A stretch of 62,968 bases of DNA, filler included, from Octopus bimaculoides (taxonomy: Eukaryota): assembly GCF_001194135.2 (NCBI RefSeq). It is 4 parts of 3 records of this genome, joined end to end, with 100 filler letters (N's around TTAATTAATTAA, not from the genome) between each part and the next. Parts side by side here need not be neighbours in the genome. Positions count along the whole stretch, not along the records: positions 24,817 to 51,699 come from NC_068981.1; positions 51,800 to 60,581 come from NC_068981.1; 2 more parts are not named here. The stretch is one strand, 5' to 3'. The notes below the pieces were generated by a model. It had not been told where the DNA came from, ran no database searches, and worked only from the letters and a program-made list of their open reading frames with translations. Below are positions 38,069 to 52,065 of the stretch, one piece after another. The translations under genes and the position numbers were made by a program. How positions within the stretch are numbered: position 1 is the stretch's first letter; each line of letters begins with the position of its first letter.

Positions 38069-38327
38069 ATTAGGTAAACCTACAACTTTCGGTTTGTTTT
38101 TTCTTTCTTCTGTAGTTTATATTTTTTCTGGCATTGTTCCAGCCTTACCCAACTAGTTTCTTTAATGAAGCACACAACGCTTCACACTAACATACATACA
38201 TACATACATACATGCATATACATACACATAAATATATATATATATGTATGTATGTATTTATGTATGTACGTATGATGTGTGTATATATATATATATATAT
38301 ATACTCTTTTTCTCTCTTTTACTTGTT

Positions 38328-38614
38328 TCAGTCATTTGACTGCGGCCATGCTGGAGCACCGCCTTTAGTCGGGCAGATCGACTCCAGGACTTATTCTTTG
38401 TAAGCCTAGTACTTATTCTATCGGTCTCTTTTGCCGAACCGCTAAGTTACGGGGACATAAACACACCAGCGTCGGTTGTCAAGGGATGTTGGGGGGACAA
38501 ACTCAGACACACAAACACACACACACATGCATGCATATACATATATACGACGGGCTTCTTTTTTAGTTTCCGTCTACCAAATCCACCCACAAGGCTTTGG
38601 TCGGCCCGAGGCTA
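38328..38614 (-). mobile_element. SINE family B running into a gap
   Basis: Family B blocks; an identical inverted copy lies at 39470-39645. Confidence 0.85.
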
Positions 38615-40040
38615 NNNNNNNNNNNNNNNNNNNNNNNNNNNNNNNNNNNNNNNNNNNNNNNNNNNNNNNNNNNNNNNNNNNNNNNNNNNNNNNNNNNNNN
38701 NNNNNNNNNNNNNNNNNNNNNNNNNNNNNNNNNNNNNNNNNNNNNNNNNNNNNNNNNNNNNNNNNNNNNNNNNNNNNNNNNNNNNNNNNNNNNNNNNNNN
38801 NNNNNNNNNNNNNNNNNNNNNNNNNNNNNNNNNNNNNNNNNNNNNNNNNNNNNNNNNNNNNNNNNNNNNNNNNNNNNNNNNNNNNNNNNNNNNNNNNNNN
38901 NNNNNNNNNNNNNNNNNNNNNNNNNNNNNNNNNNNNNNNNNNNNNNNNNNNNNNNNNNNNNNNNNNNNNNNNNNNNNNNNNNNNNNNNNNNNNNNNNNNN
39001 NNNNNNNNNNNNNNNNNNNNNNNNNNNNNNNNNNNNNNNNNNNNNNNNNNNNNNNNNNNNNNNNNNNNNNNNNNNNNNNNNNNNNNNNNNNNNNNNNNNN
39101 NNNNNNNNNNNNNNNNNNNNNNNNNNNNNNNNNNNNNNNNNNNNNNNNNNNNNNNNNNNNNNNNNNNNNNNNNNNNNNNNNNNNNNNNNNNNNNNNNNNN
39201 NNNNNNNNNNNNNNNNNNNNNNNNNNNNNNNNNNNNNNNNNNNNNNNNNNNNNNNNNNNNNNNNNNNNNNNNNNNNNNNNNNNNNNNNNNNNNNNNNNNN
39301 NNNNNNNNNNNNNNNNNNNNNNNNNNNNNNNNNNNNNNNNNNNNNNNNNNNNNNNNNNNNNNNNNNNNNNNNNNNNNNNNNNNNNNNNNNNNNNNNNNNN
39401 NNNNNNNNNNNNNNNNNNNNNNNNNNNNNNNNNNNNNNNNNNNNNNNNNNNNNNNNNNNNNNNNNNNNNCGTATATATGTATATGCATGCATGTGTGTGT
39501 GTGTTTGTGTGTCTGAGTTTGTCCCCCCAACATCCCTTGACAACCGACGCTGGTGTGTTTATGTCCCCGTAACTTAGCGGTTCGGCAAAAGAGACCGATA
39601 GAATAAGTACTAGGCTTACAAAGAATAAGTCCTGGAGTCGATCTGTATATATATATATATATATATACATAACATGGTTAGAAATAGCAAAATGTTGACG
39701 AAATGCAAGGAATATCATTGGCGTTGGAAACTGTATTACGCCAGAGTATCAATAGAAAACTCTGTGGAAACGGTAGAAGCTGTAGAAGCCGAAAGGTAAA
39801 CATCAGAATGACGAGATCAGATGGAAGCAATTACATGTCAGATTGGTAGTTCTCAAGAAAATCGATATATAAATCAATAAATTACTATTTACATGTATGG
39901 CCATGTAAAATCTAAATATGTGACTACGTGTGTGTGTATGTGTGTGAGTAAATATGTACATATGTGTGTGTACCCGTATATGTGGCTCTATATTTCTATA
40001 CAGTGTATGTATATGTATTTATATATGTGTGTATCTGTAC

Positions 40041-40137
<97 letters not shown>

Positions 40138-41047
40138 TGTGTGTATGCTTCTATGTCTGCGTGTGTCTCTGTACACCTGTGTATTTCCATATGATTATAT
40201 GCGCTTAGTGTATGCATGTGCGTATATGTGTCTCTATAATATGTATGAATGCGAGTTGCGTGTGCGTGTTTCCTAATTATGGTAGAAGACCGTCTTCTAA
40301 TTATGTTAGAAGACTGAAAAATTTGACAAAAAATGTAGAAACAGAATGCTGCTACAGTAAAACGAAAATAGTGTGTATAATCTGCGTAATCAGTGTGTGA
40401 GTTAGTGTCTATATTTAAAGTGTATATAAAGCTTTATGTAGGGACTGGTGTATATATGTATGTATTTTTATGTACACACACATATATATATATATATATA
40501 TANNNNNNNNNNNNNNNNNNNNNNNNNNNNNNNNNNNNNNNNNNNNNNNNNNNNNNNNNNNNNNNNNNNNNNNNNNNNNNNNNNNNNNNNNNNNNNNNNN
40601 NNNNNNNNNNNNNNNNNNNNNNNNNNNNNNNNNNNNNNNNNNNNNNNNNNNNNNNNNNNNNNNNNNNNNNNNNNNNNNNNNNNNNNNNNNNNNNNNNNNN
40701 NNNNNNNNNNNNNNNNNNNNNNNNNNNNNNNNNNNNNNNNNNNNNNNNNNNNNNNNNNNNNNNNNNNNNNNNNNNNNNNNNNNNNNNNNNNNNNNNNNNN
40801 NNNNNNNNNNNNNNNNNNNNNNNNNNNNNNNNNNNNNNNNNNNNNNNNNNNNNNNNNNNNNNNNNNNNNNNNNNNNNNNNNNNNNNNNNNNNNNNNNNNN
40901 NNNNNNNNNNNNNNNNNNNNNNNNNNNNNNNNNNNNNNNNNNNNNNNNNNNNNNNNNNATACATGCATACATACATACATACATACCTACATACATTAAA
41001 AATGCATATATGTGTATATATGTGTATGCATGTATATATATCTATAC

Positions 41048-41080
<33 letters not shown>

Positions 41081-41804
41081 TGTATGTACGCATGTACGTA
41101 TGTATGTATGTATGTATGTATGTATGCGTCATACATATATGATGTTTCTCGTCGGTGTATTAATATCTATTTTTACCGGCAGCCTACACAGTTGCTAAAT
41201 TTAAAAAATAGATATTAAAAATGCTGTCTTGTTCTTTTCGCCAATATCTGCGCAATCATTCACCCTTTAAATCGTAAGGAGGCCTTACAAATATTTATTG
41301 TGTCCTAGATATATCATTTTAATATGCAGCTCATAGTTTATAGATTATGTTCTCTCATTCATAATCTGTTTCATGCTAGTATCTATATATACTGTAGCTG
41401 CTACGTCAATAATGATTATACATATATATATGTTCTTCAGACATGTTTTCACTTCGTGCTTTTCCATTATTTTGTTTTGATTCTGTGTTCGTGTTTACTG
41501 CTCATCCGGTGTTTAAGAACACCGGAAGCTTTTTGACGTTAATGTCGAAAAGTGATAACAAATGCTCGACACCGAATGAATGCTCCAGGATGGAGACGAG
41601 TACCAACGTCCTATGCGATAGGCTTGATAATTGCTGAGAAACTTCCTGTCTGCATGAAACCAGTGGTTGCTCTGTTAGCGCACAAATAAAGAATATTCAT
41701 CCACCAATGCGATTTTGAGCACTCATTCTCACTGTTTGATATTAGCGTGTATATGTTTGCATGTGTGTATGTGTAGTATAGCATATGTATATATAATACA
41801 ACAG

Positions 41805-41965
41805 AATAACAAGAGGTGATGCAGTACGACCGTTTCAAGCGGCTCCATTTATTTGAACAATGCAATCATTACATCAATTTAAATGCAGGGCTATCCTCAG
41901 CTTCATAAATAAATAAAAAAATTTAATCAGTTGGACACATTAATACAATTTTACTCAAATTCTCT
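41805..41965. mobile_element. Further copy of the long TIR seen at 23543-24357
   Basis: GCAGTACGACCGTTTCAAGCGGCTCCATTTATTTGAACAATGCAA. Confidence 0.7.
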
Positions 41966-42610
41966 AATAGAGCAAGAAGAAGGAGAAAGTCCATGTTGCT
42001 ACTAATGTCACTCAGAATATACCACACTTCTAAGAACTATATTAAGTTTGTTAGGGTCATAACTTGTAAATGATTGTGGTTCACTGTTAATTTATCAGTC
42101 TTTTTTATCACCTACCAAATCTAAGGCTAGAGAACAGTATCTGTTTAGAATGGATAGACAGAGTGAGTTGACAATTTATAGTTGGGTATGGATATAAATA
42201 TTGTCAGGATTTTAGGAAATGTATAAGTAATTGTCTATAAAGGAGGCTGGGTAATGAAATACCCTAAATCAAGATGTTAATTACCAGTTAAGGGGGCAAG
42301 ACGCTAATAAAACCTATGATGTTAATACAGAAGAAATTATCATGGAGTACAATGGATGATTGTATATAAACGATATTGTTATGTTGTATGAAGATAAAAT
42401 TTAAGATTACTAAAAGTGATATAACCAGAACAGATAAACTGTGTATATATACTAATTTTCAACATTAGAAAGGGAAGATTACATAGAATTAGTTTAATAT
42501 TCATACCAGTACTTAATTATTTACTTATAAGGTGGTTTCTATGAAGATTGATCAGGGTATTTATTTATGGAATACTGGGGCGATAAATCATGCTATCTTT
42601 ATATTAGTTA

Positions 42611-43636
42611 CTAGCAGAAATATCCAGCGTTGCCTGGATTAAAGAAAATAATGAAATTCGAAAATGCCTTTTAGATCTCTAACATGACACATGGATTATA
42701 CAGTTCTCAACAATAATTAGCTGAGGTACAAACTATTAATGTCAATAACATATTTTGTCCAATGTTCTCAGTTAAAATTGTTTTAAAAAAACAGGTAGTT
42801 CTTTGTCTTTGCAATCACCTTCAATTGTCAGTACTTATTTGAAACNNNNNNNNNNNNNNNNNNNNNNNNNNNNNNNNNNNNNNNNNNNNNNNNNNNNNNN
42901 NNNNNNNNNNNNNNNNNNNNNNNNNNNNNNNNNNNNNNNNNNNNNNNNNNNNNNNNNNNNNNNNNNNNNNNNNNNNNNNNNNNNNNNNNNNNNNNNNNNN
43001 NNNNNNNNNNNNNNNNNNNNNNNNNNNNNNNNNNNNNNNNNNNNNNNNNNNNNNNNNNNNNNNNNNNNNNNNNNNNNNNNNNNNNNNNNNNNNNNNNNNN
43101 NNNNNNNNNNNNNNNNNNNNNNNNNNNNNNNNNNNNNNNNNNNNNNNNNNNNNNNNNNNNNNNNNNNNNNNNNNNNNNNNNNNNNNNNNNNNNNNNNNNN
43201 NNNNNNNNNNNNNNNNNNNNNNNNNNNNNNNNNNNNNNNNNNNNNNNNNNNNNNNNNCTTTGGCTTTTTAATGCACAAAAAATTGAAATTATTTTTTTTC
43301 TGTACCTCTGATTAAAATTTTCGAAAAACAAACCCAGCCACATTACTTGGAAAAAAATAATCTTTATTGTGCTGGTTTTTCGTAAAATTTCGCGCATGGG
43401 AAAGGCAAAAAAATCGCCCCTCCCCACTTTGAATGGGATATTCCTATCTTAAAAAGTAATAATCGATTATCTCGGTAACCATGGGAGTTGGAGGGCAATA
43501 AAATTCTCCTGAACATGAGCGGACCATGCTGCCGTTCTGTGCTGAATTTCACGCGATTCCACTGCACCGTTCTCGAGTGAATCTGCCGACACTCAATCAA
43601 TCAAGCAATCAAGAACACTGCAATTTATAGTATAGA
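42611..43636 (-). mobile_element. Non-autonomous Helitron
   Basis: Minus strand starts TC (43636) after A and ends CTAG (42611) before T; subterminal hairpin ATCCAG-CGTTGC-CTGGAT near the 3' end. Confidence 0.8.
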
Positions 43637-44124
43637 TAAGCTAAGAATCAGAAACAAATCGGGAAAATAAGTTGTGCACAGATGCACACACATATCTAAC
43701 TATGTGCACACATGCAAATATATACAAATATTTGTACTTTATTATGGGTATGTTATAATCAACTCTTCTAGACTTAAGTAACTAGAAAGTTTATATTTCT
43801 CTTTAAGGACATTAATAACTTATAAGAGATAAGAGGTTAATAGGTAAAGATATCAACTTAAGAAACACAATAATAAGAAATTATTGAGAATAGTAAGAAA
43901 ATATATATAACTTATTATAAATAAAAGTGACCGATAGAATAAGTACTAGGCTTACAAAGAAGAAGTCCTAGGGTCGATTTATTCGACTAAAGGTGGTGCT
44001 CTAGCATGGCCGCAGACAAATGACTGAAACAAGTAAAAAAAGGGTTTATATATATATATATAAGGATTTACTTTTCGTAATGAGATAAAAAAAAAAATAC
44101 ATATACTTTGTATATTATATATTA

Positions 44125-44460
44125 TACACATGGCGGTGTGGAAAGAAGCTTGCTTCCTAACCACATGGTTCCGGGTTCAGTCCCATTGCGTGGCACCTTG
44201 GGCAAGTGTCTACTACTGTAGCTTCGGGCCGACCAAATCCATGTGAATGGATTTGGCAGACGGAAACTGAAAGAAGCCTGTCGTATATGTGTATGTGTAT
44301 ACGTGTGCGCGCGCGTGTATGTGCTCGTTCCCTCCCCGCTGCTGGACAACCGGTCGTCTCCGTTATGTCTCTGTTACTTAAGGTTCGGCAAAAGAGAAAC
44401 GATAAAATAGGTACTAAGCTTACAAATAATAAGTCCTAGGGTCGATTCATTCAGCTAAAA
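44125..44460 (+). mobile_element. SINE family B
   Basis: Head ..GGTTCAGTCCC..CACCTTGGGCAAGTG, then the downstream family blocks. Confidence 0.82.
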
Positions 44461-44497
44461 TCCTTCAAGAACAAATATCATCTTCTATAGCTTGCGC

Positions 44498-44535
<38 letters not shown>

Positions 44536-45023
44536 AGTTTTCGTCTGTCGACAAACTTTCACTAGCAAGATTCTGTACAGTGGTATCTTTCGAACCAGGA
44601 GTCATGTGGTTGAAAAGTGATCTTCATAACCACACCTCTACGCCTATTTTGTCTAAGTTTAATTACATTTTTTCCTTCCTGAGAAGAACAGAAATATGAA
44701 TTATCTTTCTTCGATTAACGTCTTGTTTTCTCACCTGTGATTTTTACCTAAGATGGTTTTTTTTTATCTTGTTCGTTTCTTTCTTCAAATATTCGTGACA
44801 TCAACTTTACTCACACCGTTGGGTTTCTGCATCAAAATCTCGATAGTAAATATATGTACTGGTCTATATTTGTGTGTGTGTCTGTCTGTTTGTCTCTGTC
44901 TATCTCAGTGTGTATATGTGTACTTGTGTATATTAATGTTTGTTTTTATCTTCAGTTATAATAAAAACAATTTTGCATTAATCTGATAGGTTACTCTATA
45001 CTTTGTGGAGTACAAGTTTATTA

Positions 45024-45114
45024 TTCTTAAACAAGAATGTTATTCAGTGATTTTGAAGTTTCGGTGACTGGCCAAAACTTCGAAGTCACTATCAACAACA
45101 TTCTTGTTTAAGAA
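45024..45114. repeat. ~42-bp-arm inverted repeat made of two hammerhead 3' halves
   Basis: TTCTTAAACAAGAATGTT..AGTGATTTTGAAGTTTCGG / CCAAAACTTCGAAGTCACT..AACATTCTTGTTTAAGAA. Confidence 0.8.
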
Positions 45115-45299
45115 AAATATGTATGTATGTCATTATTAAGTTTATTTTAAGATTTCTTGCCAATAGAGAAAGAACCGGTTTCATTGGAATTTCAACATCA
45201 ACAACATGGTATTTTTGTATGTATGTATGTATGTATGTTTGTATGTATGTATATGCAGATTTGTACGTTTTATGTTTCTATTCTCATGCATATAGTTGC

Positions 45300-45620
45300 A
45301 TATCTAGTCATGCTCATATATATTTAAATGATAAACTTCTGGAAAGTTTTACAGATTTTGCAGTTCCAATGATGGATTGGATTTGTAGTCTTCGAATTAG
45401 CTTTCGCCTTTCTGGTTTTGAGAAGCCTAATTTCTCAAGATTGGTATTTAGACAGTATGTTACATATCCCAGTGCCCCAGTAATTACAGGTATAAACCTG
45501 AACTTGTAATCTGGATAGAGTAACTGCAAATTTCTCAATAGTTCAGCATAGGTGTTCTCTTTTTCACTAATCTTCAGCTTTATGTTAACATCCACAGAGC
45601 AGCTAATTTCCACAAAGCTT
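45300..45620 (-). mobile_element. 3' fragment of another REL-endonuclease LINE
   Basis: EISCSVDVNIKLKISEKENTYAEL..FRFIPVITGALG. Confidence 0.7.
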
Positions 45621-48083
45621 ATCCCTCTTTGCTCTGAAATCTACGGTGTCATACACCCAACTCTATATATCAAGACCACATTCCAAAATATCGCTGTCTC
45701 TAATACGAAATTTCTGATACAGAATTCTTAAATTCGTAATTATCTCCTGTTTCAAGCAATTCTATTGTGAAAGATATCTGTCTAAACATCTCAGTGCATA
45801 TTTCAAAACCTTTTTACGTTTCGAACAATTTCATAAACGTCAATTTCAATCGGCTCTCTTTCTGCCATTTCTAAAGTTCCCTCTCCTTTTCGTTCTCTTC
45901 CTCGCCTTCTCTGTCTCTCTCACTCACTCGCTCTTTTCCTTTCAGTTACTCTCCCATCCCGTTCTATGAAGTTATTCAGTCTCTAGAACTGTCTCTGTTT
46001 CTCATTCTCATTCAAAATACTTTCCATCTCAAAGCACCATCTCAACTATCCCCTAAACTACTCTCTAACCCATTAAACACCGTCAATTCAAAAAAGTCTC
46101 CTATCTCACAAATATCTCAGTCACTCAAAATGCTTTCCCCACCTTCAAACACTTCCCTGCCAACTCATCACAGTCTACAAAAGCTTCGGTAACCAAACAT
46201 CAGTTGAATCAATGTTTAGTGTGTTGCTGTGTAAATACGTCGCTCATATCCTAAAGACTATAATTATATCTTACAAACGTCAGTTTTAGAAATAGGTCCG
46301 TCAATTTCTGCAGCAGATTCCTTCTTTTTCTTCTTCTCCTTCTTCTTTTCTATTGAACCAAAGTGAAATAACTTTACTGTTAACGCCACAATAATCATCT
46401 TTTGTTTATTCTTGTGTTAACGTTAATAGCTTCCATAGAAAAATTGCTGCCAAATTAAAAACCAACAAATAGGAGGGAAATCTCTATTAAATGTTGAAGT
46501 AGCGAGTCATTTGAGAAAATGAAGCCATTTTGATTTCCGTTTTTAATTACAATAGTTTAATTTGAAGAAGAATTCCCACTGGAACTGGCAGGATTCGAAA
46601 TAGAAGCAGTCACGACATAATTATAGTTTCTAACGACTACCTAATCGATTAATACTAAAGGGACTTCTGCTTTTTGAGCTTTTGGAGTACTTTGTGGAAT
46701 AGGGGCTAATAGAAAAGCAGAATTTAAAATGTTTCTCGTTGCGTGTACGTGACACAAAAAGTGTTATGAGAGCCTGGTGAAATCAGAAAACTTTAGTTAA
46801 AAGTAAGTTAGTCAGTTAACATTAACCGATATACTGTGGTATGTATTTAAATAGCTGTCAGAACGTTCAGTTTACTTGTAAAACCTTTAATTTATGTACT
46901 GTGTAATCACCACCTTCTGTGTAATGTACACAGGGGATAAATAGATAAAGCTAGCTTTCACAGATGTTACGTCAACAATCCCAAAAGCAGTACATTGGGA
47001 TGAATTAGTGTTGTTCATATAATCTGAAAGTTCTTGTTGGTAGTTATATAACGATTGAAACGGGTTTCTAGAATATTACAATTTGAATGGCTGGTTATGT
47101 AGTTACGAAATTCAAATCGTAATCCCGTGGTTCCTAGATTTCACTACACAGTACTATAGACAAATGTCTTTTACCGTAGTATCGTATTTTTCAGTAGCAT
47201 GTGGGTATAATTTTCTTGGACAACAACTGTGCGTACTACACTCACACTACACAGCAAAAACAATAGATAGATAGATAAATAGATAGATAGATAAATAGAT
47301 AGATAGATAAATAGATAGATAGATAGAAAAGAGGAAGAGACAGATGTATTTGTCAAAATTATTTCGCTTTAACTATCACGGAGAAAATTCGCAGTCCTTT
47401 TTGTTTTGTAATTAGTTTATTTCAAAATACATTATTACATACCGGTTTCACTTCTAGCGAAGAATAATTATTGCAGTGTCATGTTTAATGGCTTGCTGTT
47501 TACCTTCAGTTGAGATATACTACAGTGTATCAACTTGAAGTAGACTTGTATACACACAATATAGCGTGTCTATATTCTACTGCACTACCGCACTAGTGCA
47601 CTATACCTAGTGCACTTGGTATCAAGAGAGGTAAATATGTACGCTAGCAACCGAAATTTATTAAAATCACACCAAGCAACAAAGCGGGTGATAGTATAAC
47701 CTTGAATATTTAAAAAGTAGGAGGACCAATATATTTTCGTGAATGTTGATAATTAAACTAAAACTTGGTCAACACTTTTCGAATAGAAATGTTTCTTTAT
47801 TAATTCTTTCTTGCTCTGTTGTATTTTCAGTTCACTGATGGAATAGGAACAGTTCAAAAATCAGCTGTCGAGTTCCAGCACATCCATCTATATGTTCGTT
47901 CAGTGGATTTTCTCTAATGGTAATCCATTTTCTAAGTGCGTTTATGACGAGGCCATTTCCATGTATGCTAAATGAATGCTGATAATACAATGCAATGCAA
48001 TACAATGCAATGATCAAGTGAAACCGTTATGCAATAATGTATCTTGGAATTTAATAATTGCATTGTTTATTTTTTTGTATATG

Positions 48084-48119
<36 letters not shown>

Positions 48120-48323
48120 AAAGTTTCACCGTAACTTAACGGTTCGGCAATAAGAAACGGAGAGAATAAGTACTTGGCTTATTAAAAAAGAATAAACACT
48201 GGGGCCGATTCATTCGACTAAAAATTCTTCAAGACGGTGCCCCATCACGGCCGCAGTCTAATGACTGGAACATGTAAAAGATAAAAGAAGTAAATATAGA
48301 GCAGGTTACTTGACTTGTGTTTA

Positions 48324-48603
48324 CAGTAATCCCTCGTTATATCACGATTCACCTATCGCGGTTCACCTATCACGGTTCACCTATCACGGTTCACCTATCG
48401 CGGTTCATCTATCGCGGATTATTATTTAAGTTTACGTCGATTCCTCCGTAGTATTGTTTTGTATTTATAATAAAATAAATATATACAAATTATAAAAATA
48501 GTTTTAAAAAAATATACAGTACAGCACTGTTTCTACTTCGCCGATTTTCACCTCTCGCGTGGAGTTTTGGAACGTAGCACCCGCGATAGTCGAAGGATTA
48601 CTG
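48324..48603. mobile_element. pogo/Tigger-type MITE
   Basis: TIRs CAGTAATCCCTCG / CGAAGGATTACTG, TA duplication, internal 14-bp tandem GGTTCACCTATC(A/G)C. Confidence 0.85.
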
Positions 48604-49439
48604 TAGTTTGAATTGTTAAAAGATGTGATGTGAGCAGAGAATTTTAAGTCGTTTTAAGTGGGCGAAAAGTTTGAGCAAAGAGAGAAAATAATAAAGAAAA
48701 AAATGAAGACAGATTCCTATTGTGAAGATTCATAAGTAAGTGAAATATCGAACAGGAAAATCTAAAGGACTTTGCTCTCGTATATTTTGTGTTCCACTAT
48801 CATTTTAATATATTTATGGACTACATCTTTATATTACGTCATTTTTCGCTAAAGATCTCTGCCTGAATCTCCAAGTTTTCTTCTCCTCACAGCATATTAC
48901 CATATTTCATATTTTACTTTCAGCTGAATTAACTCTGGCTGACGAAAACCTCTTCAAATTCAAGTGAATATATTTGAAATTCAAATCTTGTAATAATGGT
49001 GAAATGAGACAGAGGGTAGAATTCATCTTGACAAAGGACCAGATATCTCGGTTATTTTTAACTAGTTTCTTCCTATTTTTGTTTGGATCATTGTTGTATT
49101 GATATTTTCTTTTTGTAATCCAATTACCATATTTATTGAATATTTATTATCCAAGTCTTCTAGCTATATTATTGTTCAGATTTTGTTATGCAATCTTCTA
49201 GCAGACACATTGTCCTATTGCTATCGTTTAAAATACCGCAACAGGAATAGTTAGGTTTATTACTGCCTCTGGCTACTACAAATATTAACTTTACAGCCAG
49301 GTTTAAATGTGTGCGTACTCAGAGTTATTTCGTGGCAGATATTAAGGTATTGAGACCAGTATTAGCAATGGAGGCAGAATCTTGAGTGCTTATGTAGATG
49401 CTGGGGTATCCAAACGGATGATAGGAGATGTCAATATAT

Positions 49440-49640
49440 ACTTTTACTCTTTTACTTGTTTCAATCATTTGACCGCGGCCATGCTGTAGCACCGCCTTGA
49501 AGGGTTTCAGACGAACAAATCGACCCCAGGACTTATTTTTTAAAGCTTATTTTATCGGTCTCTTTGCCGAACCGCAAACAGACTAACACCAGTTGTCAAG
49601 CGGTGATGGGGAGATAAACAGAAACACAAAGGCACACACA
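49440..49640 (-). mobile_element. SINE family B, 3' half
   Basis: TTTTACTTGTTTCAATCATTTGACCGCGGCCATGCTG. Confidence 0.8.
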
Positions 49641-50459
49641 CATATAGATGTATACATACACANNNNNNNNNNNNNNNNNNNNNNNNNNNNNNNNNNNNNN
49701 NNNNNNNNNNNNNNNNNNNNNNNNNNNNNNNNNNNNNNNNNNNNNNNNNNNNNNNNNNNNNNNNNNNNNNNNNNNNNNNNNNNNNNNNNNNNNNNNNNNN
49801 NNNNNNNNNNNNNNNNNNNNNNNNNNNNNNNNNNNNNNNNNNNNNNNNNNNNNNNNNNNNNNNNNNNNNNNNNNNNNNNNNNNNNNNNNNNNNNNNNNNN
49901 NNNNNNNNNNNNNNNNNNNNNNNNNNNNNNNNNNNNNNNNNNNNNNNNNNNNNNNNNNNNNNNNNNNNNNNNNNNNNNNNNNNNNNNNNNNNNNNNNNNN
50001 NNNNNNNNNNNNNNNNNNNNNNNNNNNNNNNNNNNNNNNNNNNNNTTGAGTATGCTTATTTGTTAGTATTTGAACTGTTAGAGTTATTTTAGCAATTTAT
50101 CCAGTACAACCCTTACACAAGAAAATAGTATTTTCCTAAACAATAGATCCACTTATTTCGGTTAGTGACTTATTCAGGAATATACCAACACTAGTGCCGC
50201 TGAGGGTAATATTCTCTGGGAACGCACAAAAGCCCTTTTCAGAGTTATCTACTTTGAATTGTTATTATCTCATATCTGATTAGCCTGTTATTACGTAACA
50301 TGCTTCACGATTTTAGTATACATACCTTATTAGTATTTCCTCCTAAGTTCTATATATTCTGGGAACGCATTAAGGCCCTTTTCGGTGCTCCAGCATGGCC
50401 GCAGTCTAATGACTCGGACAAGTAAAAGAATAAATGAATAACTAAGGACAGCTTTGTAA

Positions 50460-50640
50460 GTAATAGTTTCTAATTTAGGTACAAAGCCAGTAATTTTCAA
50501 GAAACTTAGTCGAAATCATTGACCGCAGTATTTGACTAAGTACTTTACTTCTTCGACTCCGGAGGGATGAAAGACAAAGTTTATCTCGGTAGGATTTGAA
50601 CTCAGAATGTACAAAGTCAAAACAAATGTCGCATGGATTT
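50460..50640 (-). mobile_element. SINE family A, old copy
   Basis: GGATGAAAGACAAAGTTTATCTCGG..ATTTGAACTCAGAAT. Confidence 0.7.
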
Positions 50641-51297
50641 TTAGTTTTTTTTTTTTCTTTCGTAAATAATGAGAATATTTCACAATCATGTTGACACCGT
50701 ATTAAACATACAAGGGTATGTAAATAGTTGAATTGATCACGTGTACAACTGGCATTTATTTTATCGATACTTAAGAGGTGAAAGCTTAAGTCGTTCCTGA
50801 TAATTAATAGAAATCTCAATCTTCGATTTTAATATCTTGATCCAAACACATTCATCCAGGTATTGATTCAACCATTCATCTAGATCTACAGCTTGGAGTT
50901 TAACGTTTGTGAAGGAAGTGCCGTATATTTCTTGTATGGCACCAAATAATTTTCTTAATAGAAGCTGGTCTGCATCTTAAAAATATGATCAGTAAATAGA
51001 AAGTCAATATTTTATATAGGCTTCAGATGGCGAAACGGAGACAAAAGAGCGCCATATTGAATGCTTCACCTTATGTAGTTTATGCAGTCTATGCTCTGAC
51101 CTCTCTTTTACTCTTTTACTCTTTTACTTGTTTCAGTCATTCGACTGCGGCCGTGCTGGAGCACCGCCTTTAGTCGAGAAAATTGACCCCTGGACTTATT
51201 CTTTCTAAGCATAGTACTTATTCTATCGGTCTCTTTTTGCCGAACCGCTAAGTTACGGGGTTCAGAATATGTACAAATATTTTAGAAATAATCAAAT

Positions 51298-51695
51298 AGG
51301 CGCAGGAGTGGCTGTGTGGTAAGTAGCTTGCTTGCCAACCACATGGTTCCGGGTTCATTCCCACTGCGTGACACCTTGGTGTCTTCTACTTTTGCGTTGT
51401 GAGTGGATTTGGTAGACGGAAACTGAAAGAAGCCCGTCGTATATATGTATATATATATATATACATATGTGTGTGTGTGTGTGTGTATGTTTGTGTGTCT
51501 GTGTTTGTCCCCCCAACATCGCTTGACAACTGATTGGTGTGTCTGCGTCCCCGTAACTTAGCGGTTCGGCAAAAGAAAACCGATAGAATAAGTACTAGGC
51601 TTACAAAGAATAAGACCTGAGGTCGATTTGCTCGACTAAAAGGCGGTGCTCCAGCATGGCCGCAGTCAAATGACTGAAACAAGTAAAAGAGTAAA
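51298..51695 (+). mobile_element. SINE family B, full length
   Basis: AGGCGCAGGAGTGGCTGTGTGGTAAG head through the GAAACAAGTAAAAGAG tail. Confidence 0.88.
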
Positions 51696-52010
51696 TACAN
51701 NNNNNNNNNNNNNNNNNNNNNNNNNNNNNNNNNNNNNNNNNNNTTAATTAATTAANNNNNNNNNNNNNNNNNNNNNNNNNNNNNNNNNNNNNNNNNNNNT
51801 ATATACATACATACATAGATGCATATGTATACAAATATATATATACACGTATATATACACATACATATATACACATTTAGTCATATATATATATACACAC
51901 ACATATATATATATACATACATACACATATATATATACATACACACATATATATACACATATATACACACATATATACATACACACACATATATATACAT
52001 ACACACACAC

Positions 52011-52065
<55 letters not shown>

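Larger units (their letters stand above)
37395..38080 (+). mobile_element. 5'-truncated Penelope-like element with GIY-YIG domain and inverted hammerhead-bearing termini
   Basis: FLKLPYFN, then RAYVVHEVVSSKCG..TSRKLHLRKEH..LGIMESLLIK; 37397-37445 is the reverse complement of 38032-38078. Confidence 0.85.

Noticed and set aside
38400-39645. Identical SINE sequence inverted on both sides of an N gap
   Set aside because: Perfect identity across a gap suggests a scaffolding artefact.
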